A stretch of 64,000 bases of DNA from an uncultured Chloroflexia bacterium (GTDB lineage: Bacteria; Chloroflexota; Chloroflexia; Thermomicrobiales; UBA6265): the NCBI GenBank assembly GCA_963724295.1, contig CAVRUC010000010.1, forward strand, positions 32,001 through 96,000, written 5' to 3'. The translations under genes were made by a program, and so were the position numbers. This document shows positions 10,788 to 22,468 of the stretch, in pieces. The notes beneath the pieces are model-generated. The model made no database searches. It was not told where the DNA came from and saw only the letters and a program-made list of their open reading frames with translations. Each line of letters begins with the position of its first letter. The first letter of the stretch is position 1.

Positions 10788-12088
10788 CTACGGCTCAGGG
10801 GCAACGATCTTCCGAACCTGGCCACCGGCCACGCCGTCTTCCCCGGCGAAGGTTGCGTAGTACAGAGCTCCGTCCGGGCCAAACGCAAGATGGGTGGCGC
10901 CAGTCCCGCTTGCAAACACCTCAGGATCTTGGCCGGGCGTCTCATTACGAAGAGCGAAGATCCTGCCACAACCGAAGTCGGCGTAGAGGTACACGCCGTC
11001 GTAGCCACTCCAGCTCTGAACGTCGGGCACGAACGCCCCGCCGGTGATCGTGCGACAGCCATTTTCATGCTCATAGGCGAAGACAGGTTCGACAAATCCC
11101 GATGGCTGCGGGCAGTTCGACGTGCTGCCTGTGACGCACGGTCCCTCTCGCTTGTTCCACCCGTAGTCCGCCTCGGACGCTCCGGCGTTGATCTCTTCCC
11201 AGGCGCCGCCCCCGACGTCGTTGATGTAGAACCGCTGTTCACTGTCGGTGTCGTTCGCGTCGAATGCGATGCGGAACGGGTTGCGCAGTCCCGTCGCAAA
11301 GATCTCCTGGCAAATCGGCGATTGCCGCCGATGCCGGCGTTCTGTTGCCTTTGCTTCTGCGCTCCGCCAGTGTCGGCACATGGCGCCGTCCCTTGCTCCA
11401 GAAACGGGTTTCCATCTGGAATATCGCCGTTCGGGTGGATGCGGAGAATCTTGCCTACGAGCACATCGAGCCGGCGGGCATTGCGGTTGCTGTTTTGCTG
11501 TTCCCCGGTTCTGAGGTCCTCACCGCCGTCACCGACCGAGATGTAGAGCAGGCCATCATTGTCAAACTGGAGATCGCCGCCGTTGTGGTTTCCGCCTGGC
11601 GCCGGAATGTTGTCGATCAGGACGTGCTCGCTCCCGAGCTTCCCGTCAGAACCCATCGTGAAGCGAGAAACCCGGTTTGAGCGATGCGCCGCAGCGCAGC
11701 TCCCACGGCGTTTCTTGTGGGTGTAATAGAGGTAAATAAAGCGATTCGCCGAGAATGACGGGTCGACGGCGACCCCGAGCAGGCCCATCTCGCGATCGGA
11801 ACAAATCCTTCCCTTCAGATTGAGAATTTCGGTGGTCGTTGGATCGTTGTCGGCAACTCGAAAGAGAGCCCCTCCTTGGGTCGAGACCAGGAGGCGGTCA
11901 GTCTCCGAGTCCGGGAGCCAGGCGAAGGCGGTTGGCCGAGGCAGACCACCGGCAACCGGCTGGTCCTCGAATCCTTCTGGAACTAGGGTGAACGCCGCAA
12001 GCCCCTCGGCCGGCAGGAGGAGTCCCAGCACGACGACCAGGATGAACAGCGCCGCCGGCTTGCCTCTCACTGGGTCCGTTCCCCGCAT
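10788..12088 (-). CDS. PQQ-dependent sugar dehydrogenase (GSDH beta-propeller), frameshift within about 11310-11380
   Basis: EMGLLGVAVDPSF, NHNGGDLQF, GKILRI, GNPF in one frame; GLRNPFR, EEIN, DYGW in the second frame. Confidence 0.85.
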
Positions 12089-12136
12089 GTTCGCGATCGG
12101 GTGATTAAAGCGATCGTATTGTATGGGTGAATCGGA

Positions 12137-13540
<1,404 letters not shown>

Positions 13541-13549
13541 GGCGTCGTC

Positions 13550-13574
13550 GGGGCACGGCATGCCGTGCCCCTAC
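13550..13574 (-). repeat. GTAG-class REP palindrome
   Basis: Perfect 22-nt palindrome GGGGCACGGCATGCCGTGCCCC; the minus strand reads GTAG-GGGCACGGCATGCCGTGCCCC. Confidence 0.75.
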
Positions 13575-13618
13575 CTGCGACCGCCCCGGTCGCGCTCCAG
13601 ATGCGTCTATCTATCCGC

Positions 13619-13834
13619 TTAGGAGAAACGGGCAATAACCGCGCCGGTGTCGATCTCATCACCCTCGCTGACCAGAATCTCCGCGATGGTTCCGTCGCTC
13701 TCGGCGGTAATCGGGATCTCCATCTTCATCGACTGCAGGGTCACCACCGGATCACCAGAAGCGACCGCATCCCCGGACTTGACGTGAACGGTTGCCACCA
13801 GACCCGGTAGCGGGCTGAGCACCTCAGCGGACAT
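13619..13834 (-). CDS. Standalone biotin/lipoyl carrier protein
   Basis: 71 aa; SPLPG...QSMKMEIPI biotinyl-Lys motif; adjacent to biotin carboxylase. Confidence 0.88.
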   Translation of the reverse strand: MSAEVLSPLPGLVATVHVKSGDAVASGDPVVTLQSMKMEIPITAESDGTIAEILVSEGDEIDTGAVIARFS

Positions 13835-13875
13835 GATTCCGATCCCTCCCATCGTGCCGTACGCGCGAATCCGGT

Positions 13876-14643
13876 TCAAACAGGCGACAGCGGGCGGACC
13901 GGAGCGATTCCGATACCGGCCTCTTCCAGACGTTGTCGCACCCGCCGCGCGACCTCGCCGGAGTTCGGCGCGTCGCCATGAATGCAGATCGACTGGACCG
14001 CCAGCGGCAGCGTGTTCCCTTCGACCGTCCCGACCTCGTTCCGGGTCGCCAACCGCACCGCTCGCCGCGCAACCTCCTCGGGATCCCAGGCGCCCTTGTT
14101 GCGCTCGATGACGAGGCCGCCGCTGTCGTCGTAGTTCAGGTCGACGTAGCCTTCCCGGACGTAGCCGACGCCCGACCTTTCCGCCAGCGCCGGCTCGATC
14201 TCACCCATCCCGTAGAGGACGACGCCGTCGCCGAGCGCCTCCACCGCGCGCACCAGTGCGGCGGCCAACGCCTCATCGACAGCGCTCATGGTGTAGAAGG
14301 CGCCGTGTGGCTTGACATGCTGGAGGCGGCCGCCGGCGGCCTCGGCGAAGGCGCGCAGCGCACCTGATTGGTACATGGTGTAGTCGTAGATCTCATCCGG
14401 CGTCACCTGCATGCGACGGCGACCGAAGCCGAGCAGGTCGGGCAGGCCGACGTGGGCGCCGATGCCGACCCCTTTGGCGACGGCCAGCTCGACGGTCGTG
14501 CGCATCACGGCCGGGTCGCCGCCGTGCCAGCCGCAGGCAATGTTGGCCGAGGTGATGACCTCCATCAGCTCGGCGTCGTTCCCGAGCTGCCAACGCCCGA
14601 AGCTCTCGCCCATATCGGAGTTCAAGTCGATCGTGCGTTCCAT
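13876..14643 (-). CDS. pxpA: LamB/YcsF family protein (5-oxoprolinase subunit PxpA)
   Basis: IDLNSDMGESFG, SANIACGWHGGDP, GFGRR, HVKPHGA, SICIHGD. Confidence 0.9.
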   Translation of the reverse strand: MERTIDLNSDMGESFGRWQLGNDAELMEVITSANIACGWHGGDPAVMRTTVELAVAKGVGIGAHVGLPDLLGFGRRRMQVTPDEIYDYTMYQSGALRAFAEAAGGRLQHVKPHGAFYTMSAVDEALAAALVRAVEALGDGVVLYGMGEIEPALAERSGVGYVREGYVDLNYDDSGGLVIERNKGAWDPEEVARRAVRLATRNEVGTVEGNTLPLAVQSICIHGDAPNSGEVARRVRQRLEEAGIGIAPVRPLSPV

Positions 14644-14644
14644 C

Positions 14645-15655
14645 TCAGACTCGCTCCAGATTCGCTTCGTCGATCAGGGCCTCGGTCGCCCGCGCCAGGT
14701 CGGCCGCTTCGTCGATCGAGAGCTCTCGGAACCGGATGTGGTCACGCCCCGGCACCATCTGGCCGAGCTTCCACATCGATCCGTAGGCAACGCCGGCGGC
14801 GCAGACGAAGCCGCCCAGCGTCGGTCCATCGACGCAGAGGATGATCGGCTGATCGCCCGAGATGTTCACCGCGCCAACAGCGTAGCCGTTGTCGAGGATG
14901 TTGGAGGGGTGCCCGCCCGCGACCCCACCAGTCGTGCGCGCCCACTGCCAGCTATGCGGCTCCAGCCGGTAGCCCATGCGATTGGAGTTGCGATCGAGCT
15001 TCCAGTTGTGGCTGAAGAAATGCTCGTAGTCATCCCAGGTCCAGTAGTCGGGCGCGGCCTGCGGTCCTGGCACCGCCTCCAGCTCCCACTCCGCGGTGTA
15101 GCTGGGGACGACCGCGGGGTTCACTCTCCGGCCGGCAAGGTCATCAAGATTGCGCGCCGCGTCCCCGATCGCGAGCCGATCCCCTTTCTTGAGCGCGCGG
15201 CCTTCGAAACCACCGATCGCACCCGGCACGTACGTCGCGCGGCTACCCAGGTAGGGTGGCACGTCGATGCCACCGCTGACCGCGAGGTAGGTGCGAAATC
15301 CGGCGCCGGCGACGCTGCCCAGGGCGAGGGTTTGGCCGGGCCTGACCCGATACGACCGCCAGAGGTCGATCGAGTCGCCGTCGAGCTTCGGCTGCATGTC
15401 CGCCCCGGTGAGGGCGATCACCGCGTCCGCATCGAATCGAGCCTGGAAATTCCCGGCGGTGATCTCGAGTCCGGCCGTGCCGGGATCGTTGCCAACCAGC
15501 ACGTTCGCCAGCCGGAACGCGAGATTATCGAAAGGTCCGGCCGGACAAATCCCCTGGTCCAGCAAGCCCTGGCGGCCTGGGAAATCCTGGACCGTCGTCT
15601 GGATGCCCCCTTCGAGCACCTCGATCATGCGTTGCTCTCCCGTCGTTCTCGCCAC
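14645..15655 (-). CDS. Carboxyltransferase A/B domain protein (PxpC / urea carboxylase-like)
   Basis: QTTVQDFPGR, ANVLVGN, RTYLAVSGG, YLGSRAT, SNRMGYRL, GGHPSNI, GPTLGGF. Confidence 0.85.
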   Translation of the reverse strand: MARTTGEQRMIEVLEGGIQTTVQDFPGRQGLLDQGICPAGPFDNLAFRLANVLVGNDPGTAGLEITAGNFQARFDADAVIALTGADMQPKLDGDSIDLWRSYRVRPGQTLALGSVAGAGFRTYLAVSGGIDVPPYLGSRATYVPGAIGGFEGRALKKGDRLAIGDAARNLDDLAGRRVNPAVVPSYTAEWELEAVPGPQAAPDYWTWDDYEHFFSHNWKLDRNSNRMGYRLEPHSWQWARTTGGVAGGHPSNILDNGYAVGAVNISGDQPIILCVDGPTLGGFVCAAGVAYGSMWKLGQMVPGRDHIRFRELSIDEAADLARATEALIDEANLERV

Positions 15656-15667
15656 ACGGCCAGCTCG

Positions 15668-16660
15668 CTACGGAACAGGTGTCCGCTCGGCGGCCGCTTG
15701 CTGTCGTCGCCGAAATGCGTCGGTCTCCGGCTTGATCTCTTCCAGGCGCGCCAGGTACTCGCCGACGTCCAACGTCCCTTCGGCGATCTGATACTCGTAG
15801 GTCCCGTCGTAGACCTGCTCTCGCAACGCGATCAGCTCGTCGTCGTTTACGCGGGTGAACGAGACGCGGTCGCCGGGCTTCATCAGGATCGGATTGTCCC
15901 TGAACGCCGGGTTGCGCTGCTGCGCATCGTAGATGGGAATCGTGCGCCCGATGAGCTGATATCCGCCCGGCGAGGGAACCGGGTAGATCGCCAGGCAGGG
16001 GCCGGCGATGCCGACGGCTCCCTCCGGCGTCCACGGTCGGGTCGGGTTGTACTTGGGGATGACCACCGCGTAGCGTGGATCGAGGGGGAACATGAACGGC
16101 AAGCCGGGGAAGAATCCGTTGGCGGCGTTCCACCACGGGGTGGCCATCAGGTATTCGAGAAACTCCTCGGCATCGCGCAATCCGTTGTATTCCGCGGCGT
16201 AGTCGATATTGTTGCCATTGCGGATATTCGGCGCGTCCTTGCGGATGAACTGCACGTACTTGGCGATGTCGGCGCGGGTCCACTGGTCATTGACCGCCAG
16301 CGGCAAGCTGATCTCGCGGCTGGGGATGGTCAGATTCTCGACTGGCGGCAGCGACGCGTAGTGCCTGTCCACCTCCGCGATGAGGTCGCTCGGGCGCAGT
16401 ACCGTGCTGTCGTAGTGGATGAGGATCGAGCGCAAGGCGGGGATCGTCTCGATCACGCCGCCGATGCCGGCGTCCTTGAGCGCCTGGTTGAGACCCAGGA
16501 CGCGAAAGTTCAGCGTCAGATCGAGCTCCATCGGCCCGAACTCGACTAGCAGGAAGCGGTCGCCCGCTGAACGGTAGACCGCGCCGGGACGCCCGTCCTG
16601 AGCTGGGGTCTCCGCCAGGAGCGCCGCATTCGCCCGTCCATTGGCCTGGCCCACTGTCAC
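15668..16660 (-). CDS. Carboxyltransferase C/D domain protein (long PxpB / urea carboxylase-like)
   Basis: YRSAGDRFLLVEFG, GFFPG, PLDPR, PKYNPTRPWTPEGAVG, SPGGYQLIGRT; GTG start after GGGGGAG. Confidence 0.85.
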   Translation of the reverse strand: MTVGQANGRANAALLAETPAQDGRPGAVYRSAGDRFLLVEFGPMELDLTLNFRVLGLNQALKDAGIGGVIETIPALRSILIHYDSTVLRPSDLIAEVDRHYASLPPVENLTIPSREISLPLAVNDQWTRADIAKYVQFIRKDAPNIRNGNNIDYAAEYNGLRDAEEFLEYLMATPWWNAANGFFPGLPFMFPLDPRYAVVIPKYNPTRPWTPEGAVGIAGPCLAIYPVPSPGGYQLIGRTIPIYDAQQRNPAFRDNPILMKPGDRVSFTRVNDDELIALREQVYDGTYEYQIAEGTLDVGEYLARLEEIKPETDAFRRRQQAAAERTPVP

Positions 16661-16850
16661 CTCCCCCTGGTTCGTCCTGTCGTTCGTTTCATTCTCGCGG
16701 ATTATTCGCCCCCGCGCGACCACCCGGCAACGGATAGCAACCTGCGCGGCAGGGCAAATGCTGTGGAAAGTGAGAGTGGTACGAGGCGTGCGATAGAGAG
16801 CGCGCCATGGCAGTTGCCACGCACTCGTAAGCTCCAGAGAGGATCGATCA

Positions 16851-18359
16851 ATGAAGCGGTTTCCCGGCAACCCCGTATCGCGTCTGCTGAGTGTCAGTCA
16901 CTTGGTGGTTCCCCTTGTCGTCGCGTTGATCACCGCGATGGCGGTTTCGACTCCATGGGCTCTCGCCCAAGAGGCGACGCCGACTGTAACCGGCGTGCCC
17001 GACCCGACCGTCCGCGTCGTGCACGCCTCGCCGGATGCGCCGGCCATCAACATCCTCGTTGACGGACAGCCGCTCGCCCAGGATGTTGCCTTCGGGAGCG
17101 CGTCGGAGTATGCGGCGCTCTCGCCCGGCGACCATCAGGTCCAGGTCGTGCCAACGGATGGCGGTGCGCCGATCATCGATCAGGCGGTTACCTTTGATGG
17201 CTGGACTTCCAATATCCTGGCCGTCGTCGGGCAACTGGCCAACATCCAGCTCCAGACGAACATGGTCGACATCACCGAAACCGAGGCCGGTCGGGCGCGG
17301 CTGCGGATCGTCAATGCCGTACCAGACGCTCCAGCCATCAGCGTGGGCGTTTCCGGCACCGACGAGCCTTTGGTCGACGGAGTCCAGTTCCCGAACGCCT
17401 CTGAGTACCAGAACATCGACCCCGGCACGTACGATCTGGACGTGCGCAATGCCGACTCGGGGGAAACGCTGGTAGCGGCCCCGGGCATTCAGGTTGAAGC
17501 CGGACAGGTCTACGATCTCTTCGCACTCGGACAGGCCGGCAACGGGACCGTCCAGCTGTTGCCATTGGTCACTCCGGTCGCCACCGCTTGCAGCGTGACG
17601 CTCGGCGTCGGCGAGCCCACTGACAGCTGTCTGCGGGTCATTCACGCCGCGCCCGACGCTGGTCCGGTTGACATCTACATCGGTGAAGCTCCGATCGCCG
17701 AAGGACTCGATTTTGGCTCCGCTTCCACCTTCGCCGCCGCGCCCAACGGTGAGCAGCAGCTGCGGGTCGTTCCGGCCGGTGCTCCCGTCGATCAGGCGGT
17801 TATCGACATGACCCAGGGATTGACCGCCGGCAGTGCGGCCCAGATTGTCGTGAGCGGCCTCGCCGACGACGTTCAGGCGACGATCGCCGGGGTTGATCTG
17901 CGGGCGTTGCCGGAGAACCAGGCGCGGGTCCGCGTCGTCCATGCCTCACCGGATCTGGACGCGATCGATGTTGCCGTCGCTGGCGGGTCGACCCCGTTCG
18001 AGGGGATCGGATTCCGCAGCCAGTCTGGCTACGTCGTCTTCGATGCCGGAACCTATGGCTTCCAGCTTCGGGAATCCGGAACCGAAACGTTGCTGCTCGA
18101 AGCCCTGGATGTCCCGATCGAAGCGGGGATGGCCTACGACATCGTCGCCATCGGGCAGAGCGAGGATGGCACCTTGCAGATGATGATTCTCAACGCGCCC
18201 ACCGGCGTGCTGACCGGGCCGTCGGCTACCCCGATCGCCGCCACTCCAGCGGGCGCCGCCACCCCGGCTGCCGAGGTCACGCCCATCCTGGCCGTCGGCT
18301 CCACCCCGGTGGTGGAAACTCCTGGCGCGGCGACTCCGGCGGCGACACCGACCTCGTAG
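16851..18359 (+). CDS. Secreted DUF4397-domain protein (four repeats)
   Basis: Signal peptide ending AQEATP; repeated VRVVHASPDAPA / LRVIHAAPDAGPVD motifs. Confidence 0.88.
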   Translation: MKRFPGNPVSRLLSVSHLVVPLVVALITAMAVSTPWALAQEATPTVTGVPDPTVRVVHASPDAPAINILVDGQPLAQDVAFGSASEYAALSPGDHQVQVVPTDGGAPIIDQAVTFDGWTSNILAVVGQLANIQLQTNMVDITETEAGRARLRIVNAVPDAPAISVGVSGTDEPLVDGVQFPNASEYQNIDPGTYDLDVRNADSGETLVAAPGIQVEAGQVYDLFALGQAGNGTVQLLPLVTPVATACSVTLGVGEPTDSCLRVIHAAPDAGPVDIYIGEAPIAEGLDFGSASTFAAAPNGEQQLRVVPAGAPVDQAVIDMTQGLTAGSAAQIVVSGLADDVQATIAGVDLRALPENQARVRVVHASPDLDAIDVAVAGGSTPFEGIGFRSQSGYVVFDAGTYGFQLRESGTETLLLEALDVPIEAGMAYDIVAIGQSEDGTLQMMILNAPTGVLTGPSATPIAATPAGAATPAAEVTPILAVGSTPVVETPGAATPAATPTS

Positions 18360-18395
18360 ACCTTCACCCTCGGGCCTGGAAAGCCCGCGGGCACC

Positions 18396-18440
18396 ACAGC
18401 GGCCGCCAGAGCCAAGTGCTCTGGCGGCCGCTGTTTGCTT
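18396..18440 (+). terminator. Intrinsic terminator hairpin
   Basis: 17-bp perfect stem ACAGCGGCCGCCAGAGC / GCTCTGGCGGCCGCTGT followed by TTGCTT. Confidence 0.75.
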
Positions 18441-18542
18441 CTGGTCCGTCGCTCATCTTGACAGGTGGGCGCGCCGGATTGATGATCTTTGCGCTAGACA
18501 TGCAGTGATCGTCGCTGGTCCGAGAGACACGGGAGGAACCCT

Positions 18543-19694
18543 ATGTCTATACGATCGCGCTCGCAGCGCATTGGTGGATTAGTGCTGGCGGCGGCGCTCG
18601 GCGCCGCGACGCTTCTGGGAAGCGCCGGGTCAGTCGGTTTCGCCCAGGAGGCCACGCCGCAGGTTGGCTCCGCCGAAGACCTGGCTTCGGAGAACTGGAC
18701 CTGGCCGGTCGAATGGGTCGTCGACGAACAGAAGCAGCCGGCCATGTACGAGCCGATCGACCCGGCGTCGATCACCAAGTCGTGGAACATCTGCGTCTCG
18801 TTCCCGCATCTGAAGGATCCGTACTGGCTCGGCGCCGACTATGGCATCGCCGAGGAGATCCGCCGCGACGGCGCCACGATGCAGCTGTTCGAGGCCGGCG
18901 GCTACACCGAGCTCGACACACAACTCAGCCAGATGGATGACTGCGTTGCGCAAGGTGCTGAGGCGATCATCCTGGGCGCGATCAGCGCCGAGGGTGTCAA
19001 TGCCAAGGTCGAGGAGATCGTCGCCAGCGGCATCCCGGTCATCGACTTCGTCAACGGCGTCAGCTCGCCGGAAGTTTCCGCGCACGCCCTGGTCAGCTTC
19101 TACGACATGGGGCACGTGACCGGGACCTACATGAAAGAGAATCTGGTCACCGGTGACGAGCCGATTCAGGTCGCCTTCTTCCCCGGCCCGCAGGGCGCGG
19201 GATGGACGGACACCGCCTATCAGGGATTCCTGGACGCGACCGAGGGCACCAACATCGAGGTCGTCGCCACCAAGTGGGGAGACACCGGCCGCGACATTCA
19301 GCTCGCGCTGATCGAGGACGAGCTGCAGGCGAATCCGGACATCGATTTCATCGTCGGCAACGCGCAGGCGGCGGTCTCCGGGGTGCAGGCCGTGCGTGAG
19401 GCCGGGCTCGAAGACTCGATCAAGATTCTCGCCTTCCATCAGAACCCGCCCGTTTACGACGGGCTTGCCGCCGGTGATCTGACCGGTTCGGCGAACGACC
19501 ACACCGTCATTCAGGGTCGCATGGCTGTCGACATGGCGATCCGCCTGCTCGAGGGCCAGACACTCGAGCCTAGCAATCGGGCCGGGCCAGTGATCACCAT
19601 GATGACCCCGGAGAATCTCGAGACCGAATTCGTGTGGGAATCAACTTTCGCGCCGAAGGACTACCAGCCTGAGTTCACGGTCGCGGCTGAATAG
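18543..19694 (+). CDS. TorT-like periplasmic binding protein (sugar-binding fold)
   Basis: WNICVSFPHLKDPYWLGADYG, EAGGY, FPGPQGAGW and WGDTG motifs, as recalled for TorT; signal peptide. Confidence 0.8.
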   Translation: MSIRSRSQRIGGLVLAAALGAATLLGSAGSVGFAQEATPQVGSAEDLASENWTWPVEWVVDEQKQPAMYEPIDPASITKSWNICVSFPHLKDPYWLGADYGIAEEIRRDGATMQLFEAGGYTELDTQLSQMDDCVAQGAEAIILGAISAEGVNAKVEEIVASGIPVIDFVNGVSSPEVSAHALVSFYDMGHVTGTYMKENLVTGDEPIQVAFFPGPQGAGWTDTAYQGFLDATEGTNIEVVATKWGDTGRDIQLALIEDELQANPDIDFIVGNAQAAVSGVQAVREAGLEDSIKILAFHQNPPVYDGLAAGDLTGSANDHTVIQGRMAVDMAIRLLEGQTLEPSNRAGPVITMMTPENLETEFVWESTFAPKDYQPEFTVAAE

Positions 19695-19725
19695 ATTTTC
19701 GTCGCACGCCAGGGGGGTCGGGAAC

Positions 19726-21348
19726 ATGTCTCGGCCCCTCAATCCCGACGCCACCCAATCGATAACAGCGGATAGGTCATCAGTGCAACTGGCACGCGCA
19801 ACTGCAGCGGAAGACGTGCAGCCCCTGCCCGCCGAGCCTGGCCGCGTCGAGCTCCTTCGTCTCTCGTCGGTCGCCAAGCGCTTTCCCGGCGTCCAGGCCC
19901 TGAGCGACGTCGACTTCGACCTACAATCCGGAGAAGTCCACGTCCTCTTTGGCGAGAATGGCGCCGGCAAGAGCACGCTCATCAATATCATCGCCGGCAC
20001 GTTCGCACCGGACGACGGGACGATGATGCTGCGCGGGCAACCGATTCGCCTGCACTCGCCCCACCACGCGCGGCAATTGGGCATCAACGCGGTGTTCCAG
20101 GAGTTCTCCCTGGTGCCGACCCTTTCGGTCCAGGACAACCTCTATCTGGGTCGCGAACCCAAGCGCGCCGGCATCCTCGACAAGGCGGCCATCGCCCGTG
20201 GCACGAAAGAGACGCTGGCCCTCCTGGAGTTTCATCTCGACCCCAAAGCGCAGGTCGGCAGCTTGTCGCGCGCCGAGCAGCAAATGGTCGAGATTGCCAA
20301 AGCGATCCAGGGCGAGCCGTCGATTCTGATCCTCGACGAGCCGACCGCGTCGCTGACCGAGAACGAGTCCAACCGCCTCTTCGCATTGATCGAGCGCCTG
20401 AAGCGGCAGGGACTCGGCATCATCTACATCACGCATCGTATTCAGGAGATTCGCCGGATCGCCGATCGCGTAACTGTCCTCCGCGACGGTCACGCGGTGG
20501 CCACGATGGCGTCTGGTGACGTCTCCGAGTCCCGCCTCGTGGAGCTGATGACCGGGCGCACCGTCGATGCCCTCTACCCAACGATCGACCAGCAACCAGG
20601 TCCGGTCATGCTGCAGACTGTGGCCCTGACGCTGGTCAACGACCGGGTCCGTGACGTCTCTATCGACGTGCGCGCCGGTGAGGTCGTGGGGCTGGCGGGA
20701 CTGGTCGGCTCCGGCAAGTCGGAGATCGGCCGCGCCGTCTTCGGTCTGGAGCCGCTGGCGAGCGGCAGCATCACCATCGAAGGCGACGTCGTGCCGCATC
20801 CGACACCACGCGGGATGCTCGACCGCGGCGTGATCTACATCCCACCCGACCGGCGCGAAGAGGGCCTCGTGGCCATGCGCCCGGTCCGCGAGAATATGTC
20901 GCTGGCGGCGCTGAGCCTGCCCATGTTCAGCCGGTTCGGTCTCCTTCGCCGCCGGCTGGAGAGCCGGACCGTGCGGGTAATCGCGCAGCGGCTGAATCTC
21001 CGCCCGCTCAATGTTGAGCGCCAGGTTGCCTATTTCTCCGGTGGAAACCAGCAAAAGGTCGTGTTGGGCCGAGGTCTGGCGCGGAATGTCAAGGTTTTCA
21101 TCTTTGACGAGCCGACGACCGGGGTCGACGTCGGCGCCAAGGTCGAGATCTACGGCTTCATGAAGGAGCTGTGCGAGCGCGGCGCGGCGGTGCTGCTGAT
21201 CTCCTCCGATCTTCCCGAGCTGCTTCACCTCGCGAACCGCTCCTATGTCATGCACCGCGGTGAAGTGCGGGCGGAGCTGATCGGGGCGGCGCTGACGGAA
21301 GAGGCCGTGCTGGCAAATTTCTTTGACCACGATGCCGACGCGGCATGA
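19726..21348 (+). CDS. Sugar (CUT2) ABC transporter ATP-binding protein
   Basis: GENGAGKS, DEPT, second NBD with SGGNQQK. Confidence 0.92.
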   Translation: MSRPLNPDATQSITADRSSVQLARATAAEDVQPLPAEPGRVELLRLSSVAKRFPGVQALSDVDFDLQSGEVHVLFGENGAGKSTLINIIAGTFAPDDGTMMLRGQPIRLHSPHHARQLGINAVFQEFSLVPTLSVQDNLYLGREPKRAGILDKAAIARGTKETLALLEFHLDPKAQVGSLSRAEQQMVEIAKAIQGEPSILILDEPTASLTENESNRLFALIERLKRQGLGIIYITHRIQEIRRIADRVTVLRDGHAVATMASGDVSESRLVELMTGRTVDALYPTIDQQPGPVMLQTVALTLVNDRVRDVSIDVRAGEVVGLAGLVGSGKSEIGRAVFGLEPLASGSITIEGDVVPHPTPRGMLDRGVIYIPPDRREEGLVAMRPVRENMSLAALSLPMFSRFGLLRRRLESRTVRVIAQRLNLRPLNVERQVAYFSGGNQQKVVLGRGLARNVKVFIFDEPTTGVDVGAKVEIYGFMKELCERGAAVLLISSDLPELLHLANRSYVMHRGEVRAELIGAALTEEAVLANFFDHDADAA

Positions 21349-21423
21349 TCCCGCGATCATAGCTTCCGGGCGTCTGGTCCGAATCGGACGGATGTGGGGA
21401 CACGATTACGAAGGACGAAGTTC

Positions 21424-22443
21424 ATGACGACGGCGCCCATGGAGCGGGAAGCGATAGGTGGAAACCGGCTGTCCGATCTCGCCCGGTCGATTTTTTCGAC
21501 CGTCGGCATCCTGCCGATCCTGCTCGCCGTGGTGGTCCTCTACTTTGCTTCGCAGGAGAGCCGCTTCTACGGCACCGCGAATCTGACCAACGTACTTCGC
21601 CAGTCGACGTATCTGATCATCGTCACGCTCGGACAGGCACTCGTGCTCATCAGCGGCGGGTTCGATCTATCCGTCGGTGCGGTCATCGCGGTCACAAGCG
21701 TCGTCTCGGCTCGCTTTATGTCGAATCACTACGCCGCAAATCCAAACAGTGAAGTGTCCTCGGTACTGGTTGGCGTCGGAATTGGTCTCCTGGTCGGCGT
21801 CGTCTTCGGGCTCGTCAACGGCATCGGCGTCGCGCGCTTCAAAGTCTCCCCGTTCATCATGACCCTCGGCATGGCGTCGGTCGGGAGCGGCTTCGCGCTG
21901 TACTACACCGGGGGATCGCCAGTCAGCGGCATGCCACCCCTCTTCACACGGGAAATCGGCACCGGGAGGTGGTTCGAGATTCCGGTTCCGGTCTACGCCG
22001 CGATCCTGGCGATGATTCTCGTGCTCTTCCTGGTCGGTTCGACGGCCTGGGGCCGGTATCTCTATGCCATCGGCGGCAACACGAAAGCCGCCTTCCTCTC
22101 GGGTATCCCGGTCGGGGTCTACACCGCCTCGGTCTATGTTATGTGCAGTTTGCTCGCGGCCGTTGCCGGATTGCTCCTCACCGCCCGTACCTCCTCCGGC
22201 GAACCGAATCTCGGGGGCCAGTACCCCCTCGAATCGATCACGGCCGCGGTGATCGGTGGCATCTCGTTGCGAGGCGGTGAAGGGCGGATCATAGGCGCCG
22301 TCCTTGGCGCGCTCTTTATCACCATCCTCACCAATGGCATGAACCTTATCCGCATGGAGTCGTACTTCCAGACGATCGCCATCGGGGTCATCTTGATCCT
22401 GGCGGTCATCATCGACCAGCTCCGCGACCGCTGGCGCGTCTGA
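21424..22443 (+). CDS. Sugar (CUT2/RbsC-like) ABC permease
   Basis: GGFDLSVG, GRYLYAIGGN, ITAAVIGGISLRGGEG. Confidence 0.92.
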   Translation: MTTAPMEREAIGGNRLSDLARSIFSTVGILPILLAVVVLYFASQESRFYGTANLTNVLRQSTYLIIVTLGQALVLISGGFDLSVGAVIAVTSVVSARFMSNHYAANPNSEVSSVLVGVGIGLLVGVVFGLVNGIGVARFKVSPFIMTLGMASVGSGFALYYTGGSPVSGMPPLFTREIGTGRWFEIPVPVYAAILAMILVLFLVGSTAWGRYLYAIGGNTKAAFLSGIPVGVYTASVYVMCSLLAAVAGLLLTARTSSGEPNLGGQYPLESITAAVIGGISLRGGEGRIIGAVLGALFITILTNGMNLIRMESYFQTIAIGVILILAVIIDQLRDRWRV

Positions 22444-22468
22444 CGGAAGCCGTGTCGCGGAGGAGACG

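Noticed and set aside
14411..16549. 712-aa plus-strand ORF and similar long antisense ORFs (12197..13810, 19921..21360, 23571..24971, 42162..43490)
   Set aside because: Shadow ORFs of high-GC genes on the opposite strand, with no recognisable motifs
16661..16850. Guanidine riboswitch upstream of urea-carboxylase-like genes
   Set aside because: ACGA words are present but no paired ACGR hairpins or ykkC consensus could be seen
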